NCBI GenBank assembly: GCA_022705845.1
Contig: JAKJDQ010000001.1
Coordinates: 1-42,265, forward strand
Source of the DNA: Patescibacteria group bacterium
GTDB lineage: Bacteria > Patescibacteriota > Patescibacteriia > Patescibacteriales > Patescibacteriaceae
Direction: 5' to 3'
Length of the DNA: 42,265 bases
Part shown: positions 9,284 to 19,776 of the stretch, piece after piece
Layout: every line of letters starts with the position of its first letter
Position numbering within the stretch: position 1 is the stretch's first letter
The notes under the pieces: generated by a model
What the model was told of the DNA's origin: nothing
What the model saw: only the letters and a program-made list of their open reading frames with translations
Database searches by the model: none
Position numbers and translations under genes: made by a program

Positions 9284-10246
9284 CTATTGACAACTAGCTT
9301 CAGAACTAGCTGCACCACCACTGGTATCGGCCGTAAAACCAGCGGCTGGGGCATTGCTAGATAGTTCAGCTGAACATTCCTCCGGCGCATTATTAAAAGC
9401 TGAACAAATAGTTTTAAGCAAACTGGCGCTATCTCGATTACTACTTACTTCCTGTCCATTAATAATTAAGGTTGGCGAACCCTGAACGTTGTATTTTTCA
9501 TTATCTGCTTTGTCTATATTAAATGGCGGGAATTGACTATTCCAAGAATTCTGATCATTAAAGCTAGCCATAATATTATATTGTTTATCTGTGGTGCTAG
9601 TGCAAGTATTTAACGCCGACTCGTCAATCTTTGCCTCTTTGTAACAACTTACAGCATTACCACTCTTAATAAAACAATTTAAATAACTAAGAAATTTATT
9701 GGGCTGTTCTTTTTGAATACAGTACTGGGCTAAATTTTCTTCAATCTCAGGTTTATCATGCATGGCATAATCGCAGAATCGAATCTTAAAATCAATCTTA
9801 TCTCCTAATTTTTCAACCACAGGCAAAATACCTCGTTCCATTTGCAAGCCATAAGGGCAATAGCTCATAACAAAGAGATCCACAGTTGGCTTATCGCTTT
9901 TCTGCTCAACGGTAGCCACGCTACCACCACTGCTATCACTGCTATTAGAGGCCAGCTGTTCATTAATAAGATCAATGTCTAAAGCTTGGGGAAAAAATAG
10001 CTTACCATCAAGACTCAAATAGGATTCAATCGGTTCCCCACCGCCTATATCAACTTGTATCTTATAAAATCCATCCACTTGCTCAATTTCCTTAACTATA
10101 GCCTGACTACCAGGACTCATTAAGGCAGCATTAATAAAATTTTCTGCCCTTGCTTTAGCTTCATCTGGCTTTAAATTTTTAGACCGAGCCGAACAGCCAG
10201 TTAACATTAAAGCCATCGCTAAACTAACCAATAATAGTTTCTTCAT
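9284..10246 (-). CDS. Thioredoxin-fold (DsbA-like) lipoprotein
   Basis: 320 aa with lipobox LMLTGC. CxxC-type active site in FVMSYCPYGLQ, plus additional conserved Cys pairs and a Ser/Gly-rich linker. Confidence 0.6.
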   Translation of the reverse strand: MKKLLLVSLAMALMLTGCSARSKNLKPDEAKARAENFINAALMSPGSQAIVKEIEQVDGFYKIQVDIGGGEPIESYLSLDGKLFFPQALDIDLINEQLASNSSDSSGGSVATVEQKSDKPTVDLFVMSYCPYGLQMERGILPVVEKLGDKIDFKIRFCDYAMHDKPEIEENLAQYCIQKEQPNKFLSYLNCFIKSGNAVSCYKEAKIDESALNTCTSTTDKQYNIMASFNDQNSWNSQFPPFNIDKADNEKYNVQGSPTLIINGQEVSSNRDSASLLKTICSAFNNAPEECSAELSSNAPAAGFTADTSGGAASSEASCQ

Positions 10247-10296
10247 AAAAAATAATTTTAAAAATTAATAATATAATACTACAAAAAATAAAAAAA

Positions 10297-12834
10297 TTAA
10301 AGCCACGTTATACCAACTACCTGGTCGCTATCCTCTTTAAAACGCATTAGGTGTACTCCCTGAGTAGCGCGACTTGATGTCTGGACAGAAGAAAATGGAA
10401 TACGAATAACTTGCCCATTTATAGACATTACTATTAAATCTTTATCAGCCATAGTTTTTCTATTAACTATAAAGGCGTTAACTATTTCTCCAGTTTTCTC
10501 TGTTAATTTAGCAGTCTTAATTCCAAAACCCCCGCGGTTTTGAACTTTATATTGAGATAAATTAGTCCTTTTGCCATAACCATAAGCCGTAACTGATAAT
10601 ACCTGGTAGTCCTTAATTTTGTCTGGATCAGTCTTGATAACGCCCATACCCACAACACGATCGCCCTTTTTTAACCGCATTCCAATAACTCCACTTGCTC
10701 CACGTCCCATGTCACGAACATCTGTTTCCTTAAAACGTACGGCCTGACCAGCGGCAGTCATCATCTGGATCTGATCACTCCCAGTGGTTGGCTTAACCCA
10801 AATTAATTGATCATCTGGCTTCAATTTAATGGCCAATAAACCAGTGCGTCGCACATTAGCAAAAGCATTAATGCTAACCCTTTTTACTAAACCTTTGCGA
10901 GTGGCAAAAAATAAAAACTCTTTATCTCCCATCTTGTCAAGGGGTAAAATGGCCGTAATTTGCTCGTCATTAGCTAACTGTAAAAAATTAACAATAGCTT
11001 GGCCTTTGGCGGTCCGTGAAGCTACTGGCAGTTCATAAGCTTTGAGTTCAAACACTCGCCCCCTACTAGTAAAAAACAACAAGTCTCCGTGGGTCATGGT
11101 CGTAAACAAAAATTGTACAGCATCTGCTTCCTTGGTAGTTAATCCTAACACACCCTTTCCGCCTCGACTTTGAACCTTAAAAGTATTGCCCGGCAATCGT
11201 TTAATATAGCCATCTCGGGTCATAATAACCATGACTTCCTCATTAGGAATTAAGTCTTCCGCCTTAAAATTTGTAATACTCTGATTGACTATGGTCGTTC
11301 GGCGGTCATCACCATATTTCTCAGCTATATCTTGACATTCCTGTTTTATAATATTTAACACTAAAATGTCCGAAGAAAGAATTTGTTCTAATTCAGTGAT
11401 AATTTTAGATTTTTCCTTTAATTCTGTCTCCACTTTTAACCGCTCTAAATTAGCTAAAGTTTGCAGCTTCATTTCCAGAATGGCAATAGCTTGCCTTTCA
11501 GAAAGTTTAAATTGCTTCATCAAATTCACTTTAGCTTGGTCTTTATCTTTAGAGGCCTTAATTGTAGCAATAACCTCATCAATCCGCGCTAAAGCCATTA
11601 TAAGGCCTTCTAAAATGTGAGCTCTCTCCTTGGCCTTATTTAAATCATAAGTAGTCCGACGTCGAATAATTTCTTGACGGTGTTTAATAAATTCTTCTAG
11701 AATAGTCTTTAAATTTAAAACACGCGGCTGAATACCATCAACTAAAGCCAACATATTAACATTAAAAGTTTCCTGAAGAGATGTATGCTTATACAAAACA
11801 TTGAGAATCTTTTTTGGATAACTATCGCGTCTTAAATCCAGGACTATCCGAATGCCTTCCTTGTCTGACTCATCTCGTAAATCTTTAACTCCTTCAATTT
11901 TTTTATCTTTAACTAGGTCGGCAATTTTTTCTACTAAAATAGCTTTATTGACCTGATAAGGAATCTCACTAATAATTATCTGCAAATTACCAGCACTGCT
12001 TTCAACAATCTCGGCCCGCCCACGCATTACAATACCACCCCGACCAGTGGTATAGGCTCGTAAAATATCTTCTTTATTATATATAAGGCCACCGGTAGGA
12101 AAATCTGGCCCTTTTATACATTCCATTAACTCTTCAATAGTAGCTTCGGGGTGATCAATCAATTTCAAGATAGCAGCCACCACCTCCCGTAAATTATGGG
12201 GTGGAATATTGGTGGCCATACCTACGGCAATGCCCATACAACCGCTAAGCAATAAATTGGGAATCTTGGCTGGTAATACCTGTGGTTCTGTAAGCGAACC
12301 ATCAAAATTAGGAATCATTTCTACCGTGTCTTTATCTAAATCAATCAGCATTTCCTCAGCTATGGCCGATAACTTAGCCTCAGTATAACGCATCGCCGCT
12401 GGTCGATCACCATCTACAGAACCAAAATTACCCTGCCCCTTAACTAGGGGGTAACGCATAACAAAGTCTTGGGCCAAGCGCGCCATAGCATCATAAACCG
12501 CGCTGTCGCCGTGGGGATGATATTTGCCCAAAACCTCGCCAACCACGGTAGCTGATTTACGAAATTTGCTGCCTGAACGCAATCCCAGCAACCACATAGC
12601 ATATAAAATGCGACGATGCACTGGCTTTAAACCATCACGAACATCCGGCAAGGCCCGCGAAACAATTACGCTCATAGCATAATCAAGATAAGACTGACGC
12701 ATTTCATCAACTATGGGCTGCGCCAAGACAGAACCAGAGGGTATAACTGGATATATATCTTTTTTTAACTTTTTTTCATCATTTAATTTATCAGTAGAGC
12801 TGTCAGCCGCAACTGATGATTTTTTAACAACCAT
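10297..12834 (-). CDS. gyrA: DNA gyrase subunit A
   Basis: 845 aa with [28 protein letters not shown], the active-site region AAMRYTEA(K)L, the QRDR-like [13 protein letters not shown] and C-terminal beta-pinwheel repeats. Confidence 0.97.
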   Translation of the reverse strand: MVVKKSSVAADSSTDKLNDEKKLKKDIYPVIPSGSVLAQPIVDEMRQSYLDYAMSVIVSRALPDVRDGLKPVHRRILYAMWLLGLRSGSKFRKSATVVGEVLGKYHPHGDSAVYDAMARLAQDFVMRYPLVKGQGNFGSVDGDRPAAMRYTEAKLSAIAEEMLIDLDKDTVEMIPNFDGSLTEPQVLPAKIPNLLLSGCMGIAVGMATNIPPHNLREVVAAILKLIDHPEATIEELMECIKGPDFPTGGLIYNKEDILRAYTTGRGGIVMRGRAEIVESSAGNLQIIISEIPYQVNKAILVEKIADLVKDKKIEGVKDLRDESDKEGIRIVLDLRRDSYPKKILNVLYKHTSLQETFNVNMLALVDGIQPRVLNLKTILEEFIKHRQEIIRRRTTYDLNKAKERAHILEGLIMALARIDEVIATIKASKDKDQAKVNLMKQFKLSERQAIAILEMKLQTLANLERLKVETELKEKSKIITELEQILSSDILVLNIIKQECQDIAEKYGDDRRTTIVNQSITNFKAEDLIPNEEVMVIMTRDGYIKRLPGNTFKVQSRGGKGVLGLTTKEADAVQFLFTTMTHGDLLFFTSRGRVFELKAYELPVASRTAKGQAIVNFLQLANDEQITAILPLDKMGDKEFLFFATRKGLVKRVSINAFANVRRTGLLAIKLKPDDQLIWVKPTTGSDQIQMMTAAGQAVRFKETDVRDMGRGASGVIGMRLKKGDRVVGMGVIKTDPDKIKDYQVLSVTAYGYGKRTNLSQYKVQNRGGFGIKTAKLTEKTGEIVNAFIVNRKTMADKDLIVMSINGQVIRIPFSSVQTSSRATQGVHLMRFKEDSDQVVGITWL

Positions 12835-12842
12835 AATATTTA

Positions 12843-13214
12843 TTATTTATCAGGTAATTGCTCTAATTTTTGACGCAATTCATCTATCTTAATTTTGTTT
12901 TGCTCCTCTAATAACTTCTCCTCGGGGGTCAAATTTTGAGTAGAAGTATTAATTTTTTTAAGAGCCTGAGCGTCATTTTTAACTTCTTCTACTCCAATAC
13001 TTAAATCAGACTGAATTTGCGAAATATTTAGCAAGGGGAAATTATTAGGCTCCGGACTATTCATAATTATAGATGAACGTAAATCATAGAACCAAAAAAT
13101 AAGCAGAATTAACATAATTATAGACACTCCTAACCATAGGGCTAAACGTCGTGTTTCGGATTTCCATCGACGAGGATTCAATTCAATATTTTTTAAACTA
13201 TTTGTTTTTTTCAT
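12843..13214 (-). CDS. Hypothetical membrane-anchored coiled-coil protein
   Basis: 123 aa with a single TM helix ([19 protein letters not shown]) and a Glu/Lys-rich C-terminus. Packed 8 nt upstream of gyrA. Confidence 0.45.
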   Translation of the reverse strand: MKKTNSLKNIELNPRRWKSETRRLALWLGVSIIMLILLIFWFYDLRSSIIMNSPEPNNFPLLNISQIQSDLSIGVEEVKNDAQALKKINTSTQNLTPEEKLLEEQNKIKIDELRQKLEQLPDK

Positions 13215-13222
13215 TTACTTAT

Positions 13223-13882
13223 TTAAAGTGATGGTGACAGAATCATTAATTGAAGATTCTCACTGTCCAAGTCACAACGGCTAATTTTTAATCTAGATTC
13301 ACTACTAATGGGCGATAAACCGATAGCTTTAACAAAATTTTCTAAATCATCTAGCTCAAACTTTAAACCTGGTAATTGATAATGCATCGGGATAACTACC
13401 TTGGGCTCAACCTGATTAATAACTTCTACTGCTTGCTTACCGTTAATGGTATAGCGGCCGCCAACAGGAACCATCAAAATGTCGGTACCAGACATCCTTT
13501 CTAGCTGGCTTGGTTCTAATAGATGCCCGAGATCACCTAGATGAGTTATTGTTAAATCGCTAAATTCTAACCTAAAAATTAAGTTACTGCCCCGTTCTTT
13601 GCCTTTCTGAGCATCATGATAGCTATCAATAGCATCAATGCATACGCCACCAATTTCATACTCTCCAGCAGTATCTATTATACGCGACCAGCCATGAACA
13701 CCCTGGCTGAAGTTATGATCACGATGATCATGAGTAATAGCTACAATATTAGCCGACAAATTAGTTGGCAATTTTAAACCAATATAACTAGGATCAAAAG
13801 GATCAATAACTAAAATTATTTCCCGACCATTAATTTTATCTTGAAACTTAAAACAAGATTGCCCTAACCAATTGATAATCAT
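13223..13882 (-). CDS. Metallo-beta-lactamase-fold metal-dependent hydrolase (UPF0173-like)
   Basis: 219 aa with MII.WLGQSCF and the H-x-H-x-D-H motif as ITHDHRDH. Confidence 0.8.
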   Translation of the reverse strand: MIINWLGQSCFKFQDKINGREIILVIDPFDPSYIGLKLPTNLSANIVAITHDHRDHNFSQGVHGWSRIIDTAGEYEIGGVCIDAIDSYHDAQKGKERGSNLIFRLEFSDLTITHLGDLGHLLEPSQLERMSGTDILMVPVGGRYTINGKQAVEVINQVEPKVVIPMHYQLPGLKFELDDLENFVKAIGLSPISSESRLKISRCDLDSENLQLMILSPSL

Positions 13883-13929
13883 AATAAAATGGGTATTATA
13901 TAAGGAAACCCGTCAATCGGGCTAGTAAC

Positions 13930-13958
13930 AATTTAGCAAAAATAAAGCTACCTGTCAA
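13930..13958 (-). promoter_or_regulatory. Candidate sigma70-type promoter (TTGACA-17-TAAATT) for the MBL-hydrolase/gyrA transcription unit
   Basis: Minus-strand -35 ttgaca (13953-13958), 17-nt spacer, -10 taaatt (13930-13935), about 48 nt upstream of the ATG at 13882. Confidence 0.4.
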
Positions 13959-13965
13959 AGTTTGA

Positions 13966-13993
13966 TAACTATTTTGACTAGTCAAAATAGTTA
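13966..13993. repeat. Perfect 28-bp palindrome taactattttgacTAgtcaaaatagtta
   Basis: Verified by hand reverse-complementation. It overlaps the helicase stop codon (13991-13993) and sits 8 nt upstream of the candidate -35. Further GTCAAA/TTTGA(T/C) half-sites lie at 13954-13966. Confidence 0.9.
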
Positions 13994-16912
13994 AACCTGA
14001 CGAAACTGACAAATTGACCTAAAGTCACAATAATTACATAATTGGCTAGGCTTAGCTGGGAATAACCCCTGCTTAATAGCCTCAATGGTTGTAACTATTT
14101 CATGATTAACTTTATCTATATCGCTAGCCTTAGCCTCAAAACTTAAAAAATTACCATTATTAAGATAGCAAAAGGTCAATTTTCCTACCTGCCGGTCCAA
14201 CATTTCTTCTGCTACCATTTTATAGAGTATCAATTGCCGTTTTGTTTTATAATCTAACTTCTCTTTAGGTTGACCTGTTTTATAATCAATTACTTCTACT
14301 CGACCATCAGGCAACTGATCAATGCGATCAATGGTGCCTTTTAAAATAAAACCTTCTCCTTTCCAAGTAAATTGTTTCTCTAGCCCAAGTACTTTAGGCC
14401 AGCCATCATCTTGAACCTTCTGCCAAATTAGACGCAAACTCTGCTCACCAAGTTTATAATACTGTTCTCGCTCTTCACTTGAGCTATAGCCCTCATCAAC
14501 CCAGTTTTTTTTGTAAATATTAAGCCAATCTGGCCAATTGAAATATTCAGGGGTAGCTGATTTGCCAAAAAGATCAACCGCTGAAGACGATTTTAGACAA
14601 GGCAAAAATATTTCATAAAGACAACGGTGCATTAGCCGGCCATAAATTATATTGGCCTTATCTGGAACCGGTACTTTTAAAATAAAATTAAATTTATATT
14701 GTAAAGGGCAATTATCATAACCCTCTAGCTGGCTAAAAGAAAATCTATTAACTGGCAGCGGTTTGCCGGTTGTCGTTAATTCCTGGGGTGGCTCAGAAAG
14801 TACCTCTACCTCGCGAACCAGTTCAAATACTCGAGCAGAATCTAACTGGCGTTCAGGTAAGTTATCGGTCAAACCTAGCTCCTGTAAAAAAATAGAAGGC
14901 CGACGGTTACTCGCTCCTCCATAGTCACGAGCATAAGATAAAATAAGTTGCTCCTTAGCCCTAGTCATGGCTACATAAAATAACCGCCGTTCTTCAGCTA
15001 AATGCATATCACTAGAACCAATTGGCTCAGCAATAAGACCAGTTGGAATGGGTAAACTTTCACCCCTTTTTATAGTGGGAAATTTTTTATCTACTAAATC
15101 AGGCAAAATAACATATCTAAACTCTAACCCCTTAGCCGAATGAATAGTCATAATCTTAACAACGTCCTCGTCTTCCAGGGGTAAATTTAAACTACCGGTT
15201 TCACCAGCTTCTAGTTCTAGATTGATCAAAGAGATAAAATCTTTTAAACGTAAGTCTTGACCGCTATCTTCAAAGGCCTTTACTTTACGATAAAATTGAT
15301 TTAAATAATGAAAAATTTGCCAATCTTTATCTGGATCAAGCCCAGATAATAAACCGGATTTATAAACAAAATCAACAAATAAACGGCTTGGTGTTTCTTT
15401 AGCCGCCATCAGCGATTGTTCATCAATGAGACGTAAAAGTTTAGTAATAATTTCTTGGCTGCTAGGATTAATTTTAAAAGCTAAATCACTATGCTTCAGC
15501 GCCTCAAAAAGCGACCAAGCCTTACGATTAGCTAGGGCGGTAAGCTCCATTAAATCGACGGCCGGCAAGGCAAAGGGCCGTGAATTTAATACCCGATAAA
15601 GAGCTGCTGATTCATGGTAATTATCTAAGAGCTTCAAATAAGCTAAACAATCTAAAATAATTGGCTTATAATATAGCCCGCGCATAGACATAAACTGACA
15701 AGGAATTTGACGTCTCGTAAACTCATTAATAAATTTATCAGCATCACGATTAGAACGAATTAAAACAGCAAAATCAGACCACTGTGCCCCATCGCTACCT
15801 TGATGTTTTTCTTTTATGTAGTCAGCAATAGCCACGACTTCCTCTGACTCGGTATGAAACGGCCATACTTCCACCGATGATTGAGGTACACCTACGGCTA
15901 TTAATTTTTTATTTAATGATAATTTAACTTCTAAGCGATCCGGATTGTTATGTTGAATGGAACGATAAGCTTGGTCCAAAATAGCTTGTCCTGACCGATA
16001 ATTAGCCACCAGGACAATCTCTCGAGCATTAGGAAAATCATCTTTAAACTTCAAGATATTAGCTAAAGAAGCACCACGAAATTTATAGATACTTTGGTCA
16101 TCATCGCCCACCACCGTTAAATTATTAGCTGGCGCTGCCAATAATTTAAGAAGTTCGTATTGAGCCCAATTAGTATCTTGAAATTCATCAACTAAAATAA
16201 ATTTAAACTGTTGTCGATATTGTTCTAAAATATTAAGTCGTTCCCGAAAAAGTTTTAGTGTATAAACAATTAAATCACCAAAATCAAGACAAGAGTTATC
16301 TAACAAAAGCTGATTATATGTGGCATAAGCTTGCGCTAATTCCTTAAGACGGGTAACTTCTAGCTGGGCTGGCTCATTCATATCACTGAAATCTAGAGAG
16401 TCAACATAATCTAAATATTGCTGAGAAGAAATATTTTCATCTTTCAAATGGCTAAAATGCTTTACCAGGTCGGTAAGAAACTTAGTTTCATTGCCTAAGG
16501 GTCGGTAATAATTTAGCATTAAACGGTCTAAATTTTGACGTAGTAAAACCCACTGGGCTGTCTCATCAAGCAATTTAAAATTTGTTGGCAACCCAATATC
16601 CAAACCGTGCTGTCGCAAGAGACGCTCACCAAAACTATGAAAAGTCTGAATCCATAAATCAGTATAGCCATAAGGCAAAAGTTTATCCGCCCTTTCTTCC
16701 ATCTCTCCTGCTGCTTTATCAGTAAAAGTAGTGAGTAGAATTTCTTCGGGTTTAGCTTGACCAGACATAACTAAATAAAGCAACCGATTAACTAATACAG
16801 TAGTCTTACCAGTACCAGCGCCAGCCACAATTAGTAGGGGACCGTTACCGTGCTCTACCGCTTGTCGTTGTTCTTTATTTAAATTAGTTAAATAATCATC
16901 AACCTGGGACAT
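13991..16912 (-). CDS. UvrD/PcrA-family SF1 helicase fused to a C-terminal Cas4/AddB-type PD-(D/E)xK Fe-S nuclease domain
   Basis: 973 aa with Walker A AGAGTGKT, motif II LVDEFQDTN, and TIHSAKGLEF...YVAMTRAK. The C-terminus has CPLQYKF, IDRID...VIDYKTG (D..D.K) and CNYCDFRSIC (Cx2Cx5C). Confidence 0.85.
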   Translation of the reverse strand: MSQVDDYLTNLNKEQRQAVEHGNGPLLIVAGAGTGKTTVLVNRLLYLVMSGQAKPEEILLTTFTDKAAGEMEERADKLLPYGYTDLWIQTFHSFGERLLRQHGLDIGLPTNFKLLDETAQWVLLRQNLDRLMLNYYRPLGNETKFLTDLVKHFSHLKDENISSQQYLDYVDSLDFSDMNEPAQLEVTRLKELAQAYATYNQLLLDNSCLDFGDLIVYTLKLFRERLNILEQYRQQFKFILVDEFQDTNWAQYELLKLLAAPANNLTVVGDDDQSIYKFRGASLANILKFKDDFPNAREIVLVANYRSGQAILDQAYRSIQHNNPDRLEVKLSLNKKLIAVGVPQSSVEVWPFHTESEEVVAIADYIKEKHQGSDGAQWSDFAVLIRSNRDADKFINEFTRRQIPCQFMSMRGLYYKPIILDCLAYLKLLDNYHESAALYRVLNSRPFALPAVDLMELTALANRKAWSLFEALKHSDLAFKINPSSQEIITKLLRLIDEQSLMAAKETPSRLFVDFVYKSGLLSGLDPDKDWQIFHYLNQFYRKVKAFEDSGQDLRLKDFISLINLELEAGETGSLNLPLEDEDVVKIMTIHSAKGLEFRYVILPDLVDKKFPTIKRGESLPIPTGLIAEPIGSSDMHLAEERRLFYVAMTRAKEQLILSYARDYGGASNRRPSIFLQELGLTDNLPERQLDSARVFELVREVEVLSEPPQELTTTGKPLPVNRFSFSQLEGYDNCPLQYKFNFILKVPVPDKANIIYGRLMHRCLYEIFLPCLKSSSAVDLFGKSATPEYFNWPDWLNIYKKNWVDEGYSSSEEREQYYKLGEQSLRLIWQKVQDDGWPKVLGLEKQFTWKGEGFILKGTIDRIDQLPDGRVEVIDYKTGQPKEKLDYKTKRQLILYKMVAEEMLDRQVGKLTFCYLNNGNFLSFEAKASDIDKVNHEIVTTIEAIKQGLFPAKPSQLCNYCDFRSICQFRQV

Positions 16913-16915
16913 ATT

Positions 16916-18205
16916 TTAATCCAACGTTAATAAAGAGGCTAATTTATCTTGATTGGTTACTGGTCCAATAATAGCTAAATTTAGGCTTTCATTCACAAAA
17001 ATTTGTCTAGCTACTTCCTGAATTTCAGCCGAGGTTACTGAGTTTAATTTAGTCAAATACTGCTGAGGCGTATCCAAAGAAGATTGATTATCTCCCTGGC
17101 CAAGCCGTAGGGTTTGCTGATACCCATACCACCTAGCTAAATCATCAGACCCCTCCAGCCCAAGGATTAGCCGACCAGCTAAAAATTTTTTCACTCGTTC
17201 TAATTCATTTTCTTCTACTAACTCAGTGGCTAATTTTTTATATTCCTGAAGAATCATAGCAATAACGAGGGGCAAAGAATCTTTTTTAATCCCAGCTTTG
17301 GTAACTAAATAGCCACTATCTGTATAGGTTTCCGCATCGGTTCGGACATAATAAGCCAAACCTCGACGTTCTCTAATCTCTAAAAATAATCTTGAACTCA
17401 TTGTCCCACCCAATATAGTAGCTAGTAGCTTAGTGGGTAATTCATCTTTGTGACCGTAAGGAAAGGCCTTCACACCTAAAGCTAAATGCAGTTGATCGGT
17501 AGTTTTATTTTCTACCAATAATTGAGGCTTCCTCTGTGTATCTATGATGGGCAATTTGTTTCTAAAATGAAAAGATGTGGGCCATGCACCAAAATATTTG
17601 TTTACCAAATCATTAATATCATGAGGCAAATTACCAGCCAAACATATGATAGTCCGAGAATGACTATAGTGGCTTTGCCAATAACTTATTAAATTTTCTC
17701 GCTTTAATGATCCTACTGTCTCTTTAGAACCAGCAGTATCCCAGCCCGCAGGAGTATCCCCATAAAAAACTCGTTCAAACACATCATCTAAGTGCATTAA
17801 GGGGTTATCTTCATACATATTAATCTCTTCAATAATAACTCCTCGCTCTTTTTCTATTTCCTCAGCAGCAAATAAAGAATTTAACAGCATGTCGCTTAAA
17901 ACGTCAAAAGCCACTTCGGCCTGATCAGCCGCGCATTTCACATAAAAAGCTGTAGACTCTTTACTAGTAAAAGCATTATATTCTCCACCAATAGCATCAA
18001 GCTCACTGGATATAGCTAATGTTGTAGGTCGCCTAGTAGTGCCCTTAAAAAACATATGCTCTAAAAAATGCGATACTCCTCTCTCTGGGGCTGTCTCAAA
18101 TTTTGACCCGGTAGCCACAATTACTAAAATAGTAAAAGTCTGACAATTATCCATTGGCACCTTAAGAACTAAGGGAAAATTATTATTAAATTGTCTCTGC
18201 CACAT
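16916..18205 (-). CDS. M16-family (pitrilysin/insulinase-like) zinc peptidase
   Basis: 429 aa with the inverted zinc motif HxxEH in GVSHFLEHMFFKGT and a downstream Glu (E...E) region. Confidence 0.85.
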   Translation of the reverse strand: MWQRQFNNNFPLVLKVPMDNCQTFTILVIVATGSKFETAPERGVSHFLEHMFFKGTTRRPTTLAISSELDAIGGEYNAFTSKESTAFYVKCAADQAEVAFDVLSDMLLNSLFAAEEIEKERGVIIEEINMYEDNPLMHLDDVFERVFYGDTPAGWDTAGSKETVGSLKRENLISYWQSHYSHSRTIICLAGNLPHDINDLVNKYFGAWPTSFHFRNKLPIIDTQRKPQLLVENKTTDQLHLALGVKAFPYGHKDELPTKLLATILGGTMSSRLFLEIRERRGLAYYVRTDAETYTDSGYLVTKAGIKKDSLPLVIAMILQEYKKLATELVEENELERVKKFLAGRLILGLEGSDDLARWYGYQQTLRLGQGDNQSSLDTPQQYLTKLNSVTSAEIQEVARQIFVNESLNLAIIGPVTNQDKLASLLTLD

Positions 18206-18206
18206 A

Positions 18207-19589
18207 TTAGTTCAATTTTGAGGATAAATAAGCTATAAGCTCATCAACGTTAATACTCTCCTGTTTCATGGAGTCCCGGTCTCGAACAGTAACTAAATTT
18301 TTATCTAAAGTATCAAAATCTACAGTTATAGAATAAGGAGTGCCAATTTCATCCTGCCGTCGGTAACGTTTGCCAATATTACCATTGTCATCAAACTCAC
18401 ATCGCCATTGTAGTTTTAATTGATCAAAAATTGTCTTAGCTTTAACCACCAATTCAGGACGATTACGTAAAAGCGGGAAAACAGCTATTTTAATTGGGGC
18501 TACTGCTGGCTTTAAACGTAGTACTATCCTTTTGCTACCATCTGGCAAGTTCTCTTCATAGTAAGCTTCTGCTAAGAGCATTAAAAATACCCGCCCCACC
18601 CCAGAAGAGGCTTCAACAATATGAGGAATAAACGTTTCATCAGCCACTGGATCATAATAGTCTAGCTTAACGTCTGAAAATTTCTGATGCTGTTTTAAGT
18701 CATAATCACCGCGAGCATGAATACCCTCAATTTCTTGGAAACCGAAAGGGAATTTATATTCAATATCAAAAGCAGCTTTAGCATAAAAGGCTAATTTCTC
18801 ATGTTCGTGCCACCGTAAATTATCCGGATTAATGCCTAGATTGTGTATATAATAATTCCACCGCCGTTCTTTCCATTTATTAAATTCCTCGAAATCTTCA
18901 GTTGGCCTGATAAAATACTGAAGTTCCATTTGCTCAAACTCTCTAGTGCGAAAAATAAATTGACGAGCGGTAATTTCATTGCGAAAAGCTTTGCCAATCT
19001 GAGCTATGCCAAAAGGTAATTGAAGTCTGGTGCTATCCATGATATTTTTATAATTTACATAAATCCCTTGGCAAGTCTCACCTCGAAGATAAACTGGCTC
19101 AGATCTAGAGCCAATAAAATCACCAAGATTAGACTGAATTAACAAATTAAAACGCCGTACAGCAGTAAAATCTTGTTGGCCACAGTCAGGGCAAAAAATT
19201 AAATGACGATAGTCATCAAATATTTTGTTAATCGTGTCTTCGGGCATTGTCTCGTCAGCTTCAACTCCAATCTGGGCTAAAAGTTCATCAGCTCGCAAAC
19301 GACTATGACAATGGCGACATTCAACCAGAGGATCAGAAAAATTAGCTATATGTCCACTGGCCTGCCAAACTTTAGGATGCATAAAGATGGCACTATCTAA
19401 ACCGACAATATTGTCATATTGGTAAACCAAATCTTTCCACCATAATTGCTTAATATTGTTGGCTAGTTCAACGCCATAGGGACCATAGTCATAAATCGCC
19501 GCCAACCCGCCGTAAATCTCTGACGATTGATAAATAAACCCCCGACGCTTACATAAACTTACTAACGAATCTAGATTAATTGCAGACAT
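18207..19589 (-). CDS. glyQS: Glycine--tRNA ligase (dimeric alpha2 type)
   Basis: 460 aa with RRGF.Y.SSEIYGG....YDYGP.G.EL..NI and class II motifs (FRNEI.PR.GL.R.REF.QME), plus a C-terminal anticodon-binding domain. Confidence 0.95.
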   Translation of the reverse strand: MSAINLDSLVSLCKRRGFIYQSSEIYGGLAAIYDYGPYGVELANNIKQLWWKDLVYQYDNIVGLDSAIFMHPKVWQASGHIANFSDPLVECRHCHSRLRADELLAQIGVEADETMPEDTINKIFDDYRHLIFCPDCGQQDFTAVRRFNLLIQSNLGDFIGSRSEPVYLRGETCQGIYVNYKNIMDSTRLQLPFGIAQIGKAFRNEITARQFIFRTREFEQMELQYFIRPTEDFEEFNKWKERRWNYYIHNLGINPDNLRWHEHEKLAFYAKAAFDIEYKFPFGFQEIEGIHARGDYDLKQHQKFSDVKLDYYDPVADETFIPHIVEASSGVGRVFLMLLAEAYYEENLPDGSKRIVLRLKPAVAPIKIAVFPLLRNRPELVVKAKTIFDQLKLQWRCEFDDNGNIGKRYRRQDEIGTPYSITVDFDTLDKNLVTVRDRDSMKQESINVDELIAYLSSKLN

Positions 19590-19612
19590 AAAAATTTATC
19601 TTTAATAAAGAT

Positions 19613-19641
19613 AGTCTACCATTGGATAATGGTTTTGGCAA
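19613..19641 (-). promoter_or_regulatory. Candidate sigma70-type promoter for glyQS (TTGCCA-17-TAGACT)
   Basis: Minus-strand -35 ttgcca (19636-19641), 17-nt spacer, -10 tagact (19613-19618), about 24 nt upstream of the ATG at 19589. Confidence 0.35.
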
Positions 19642-19730
19642 TTGGGTGTATCCATCCGTCCCATCCATCATCATTTGAAGTCCAAAATGTGAGTAAACTT
19701 ATTTAACAATATAGTAAAGCAATTAAGAAT

Positions 19731-19763
19731 AAATAAAAGCCGCCGATTAGATCGGCGGCTTTT
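19731..19763 (-). terminator. Strong (symmetric) rho-independent terminator downstream of the radC-like gene
   Basis: aaaagccgccgat-tag-atcggcggctttt forms a perfect 13-bp stem including a GC-rich 9-bp core. T-runs are present on both strands, and it lies 14 nt after the radC-like stop. Confidence 0.8.
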
Positions 19764-19776
19764 CCCCTCCTTATTA

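Noticed and set aside
19590-19730. Possible T-box leader upstream of glyQS (also contains GGATGG repeats)
   Set aside because: The leader downstream of the candidate promoter is only about 24 nt. I found no T-box consensus (GGGTGGNACCGCG-like), specifier-loop architecture or terminator/antiterminator pair.
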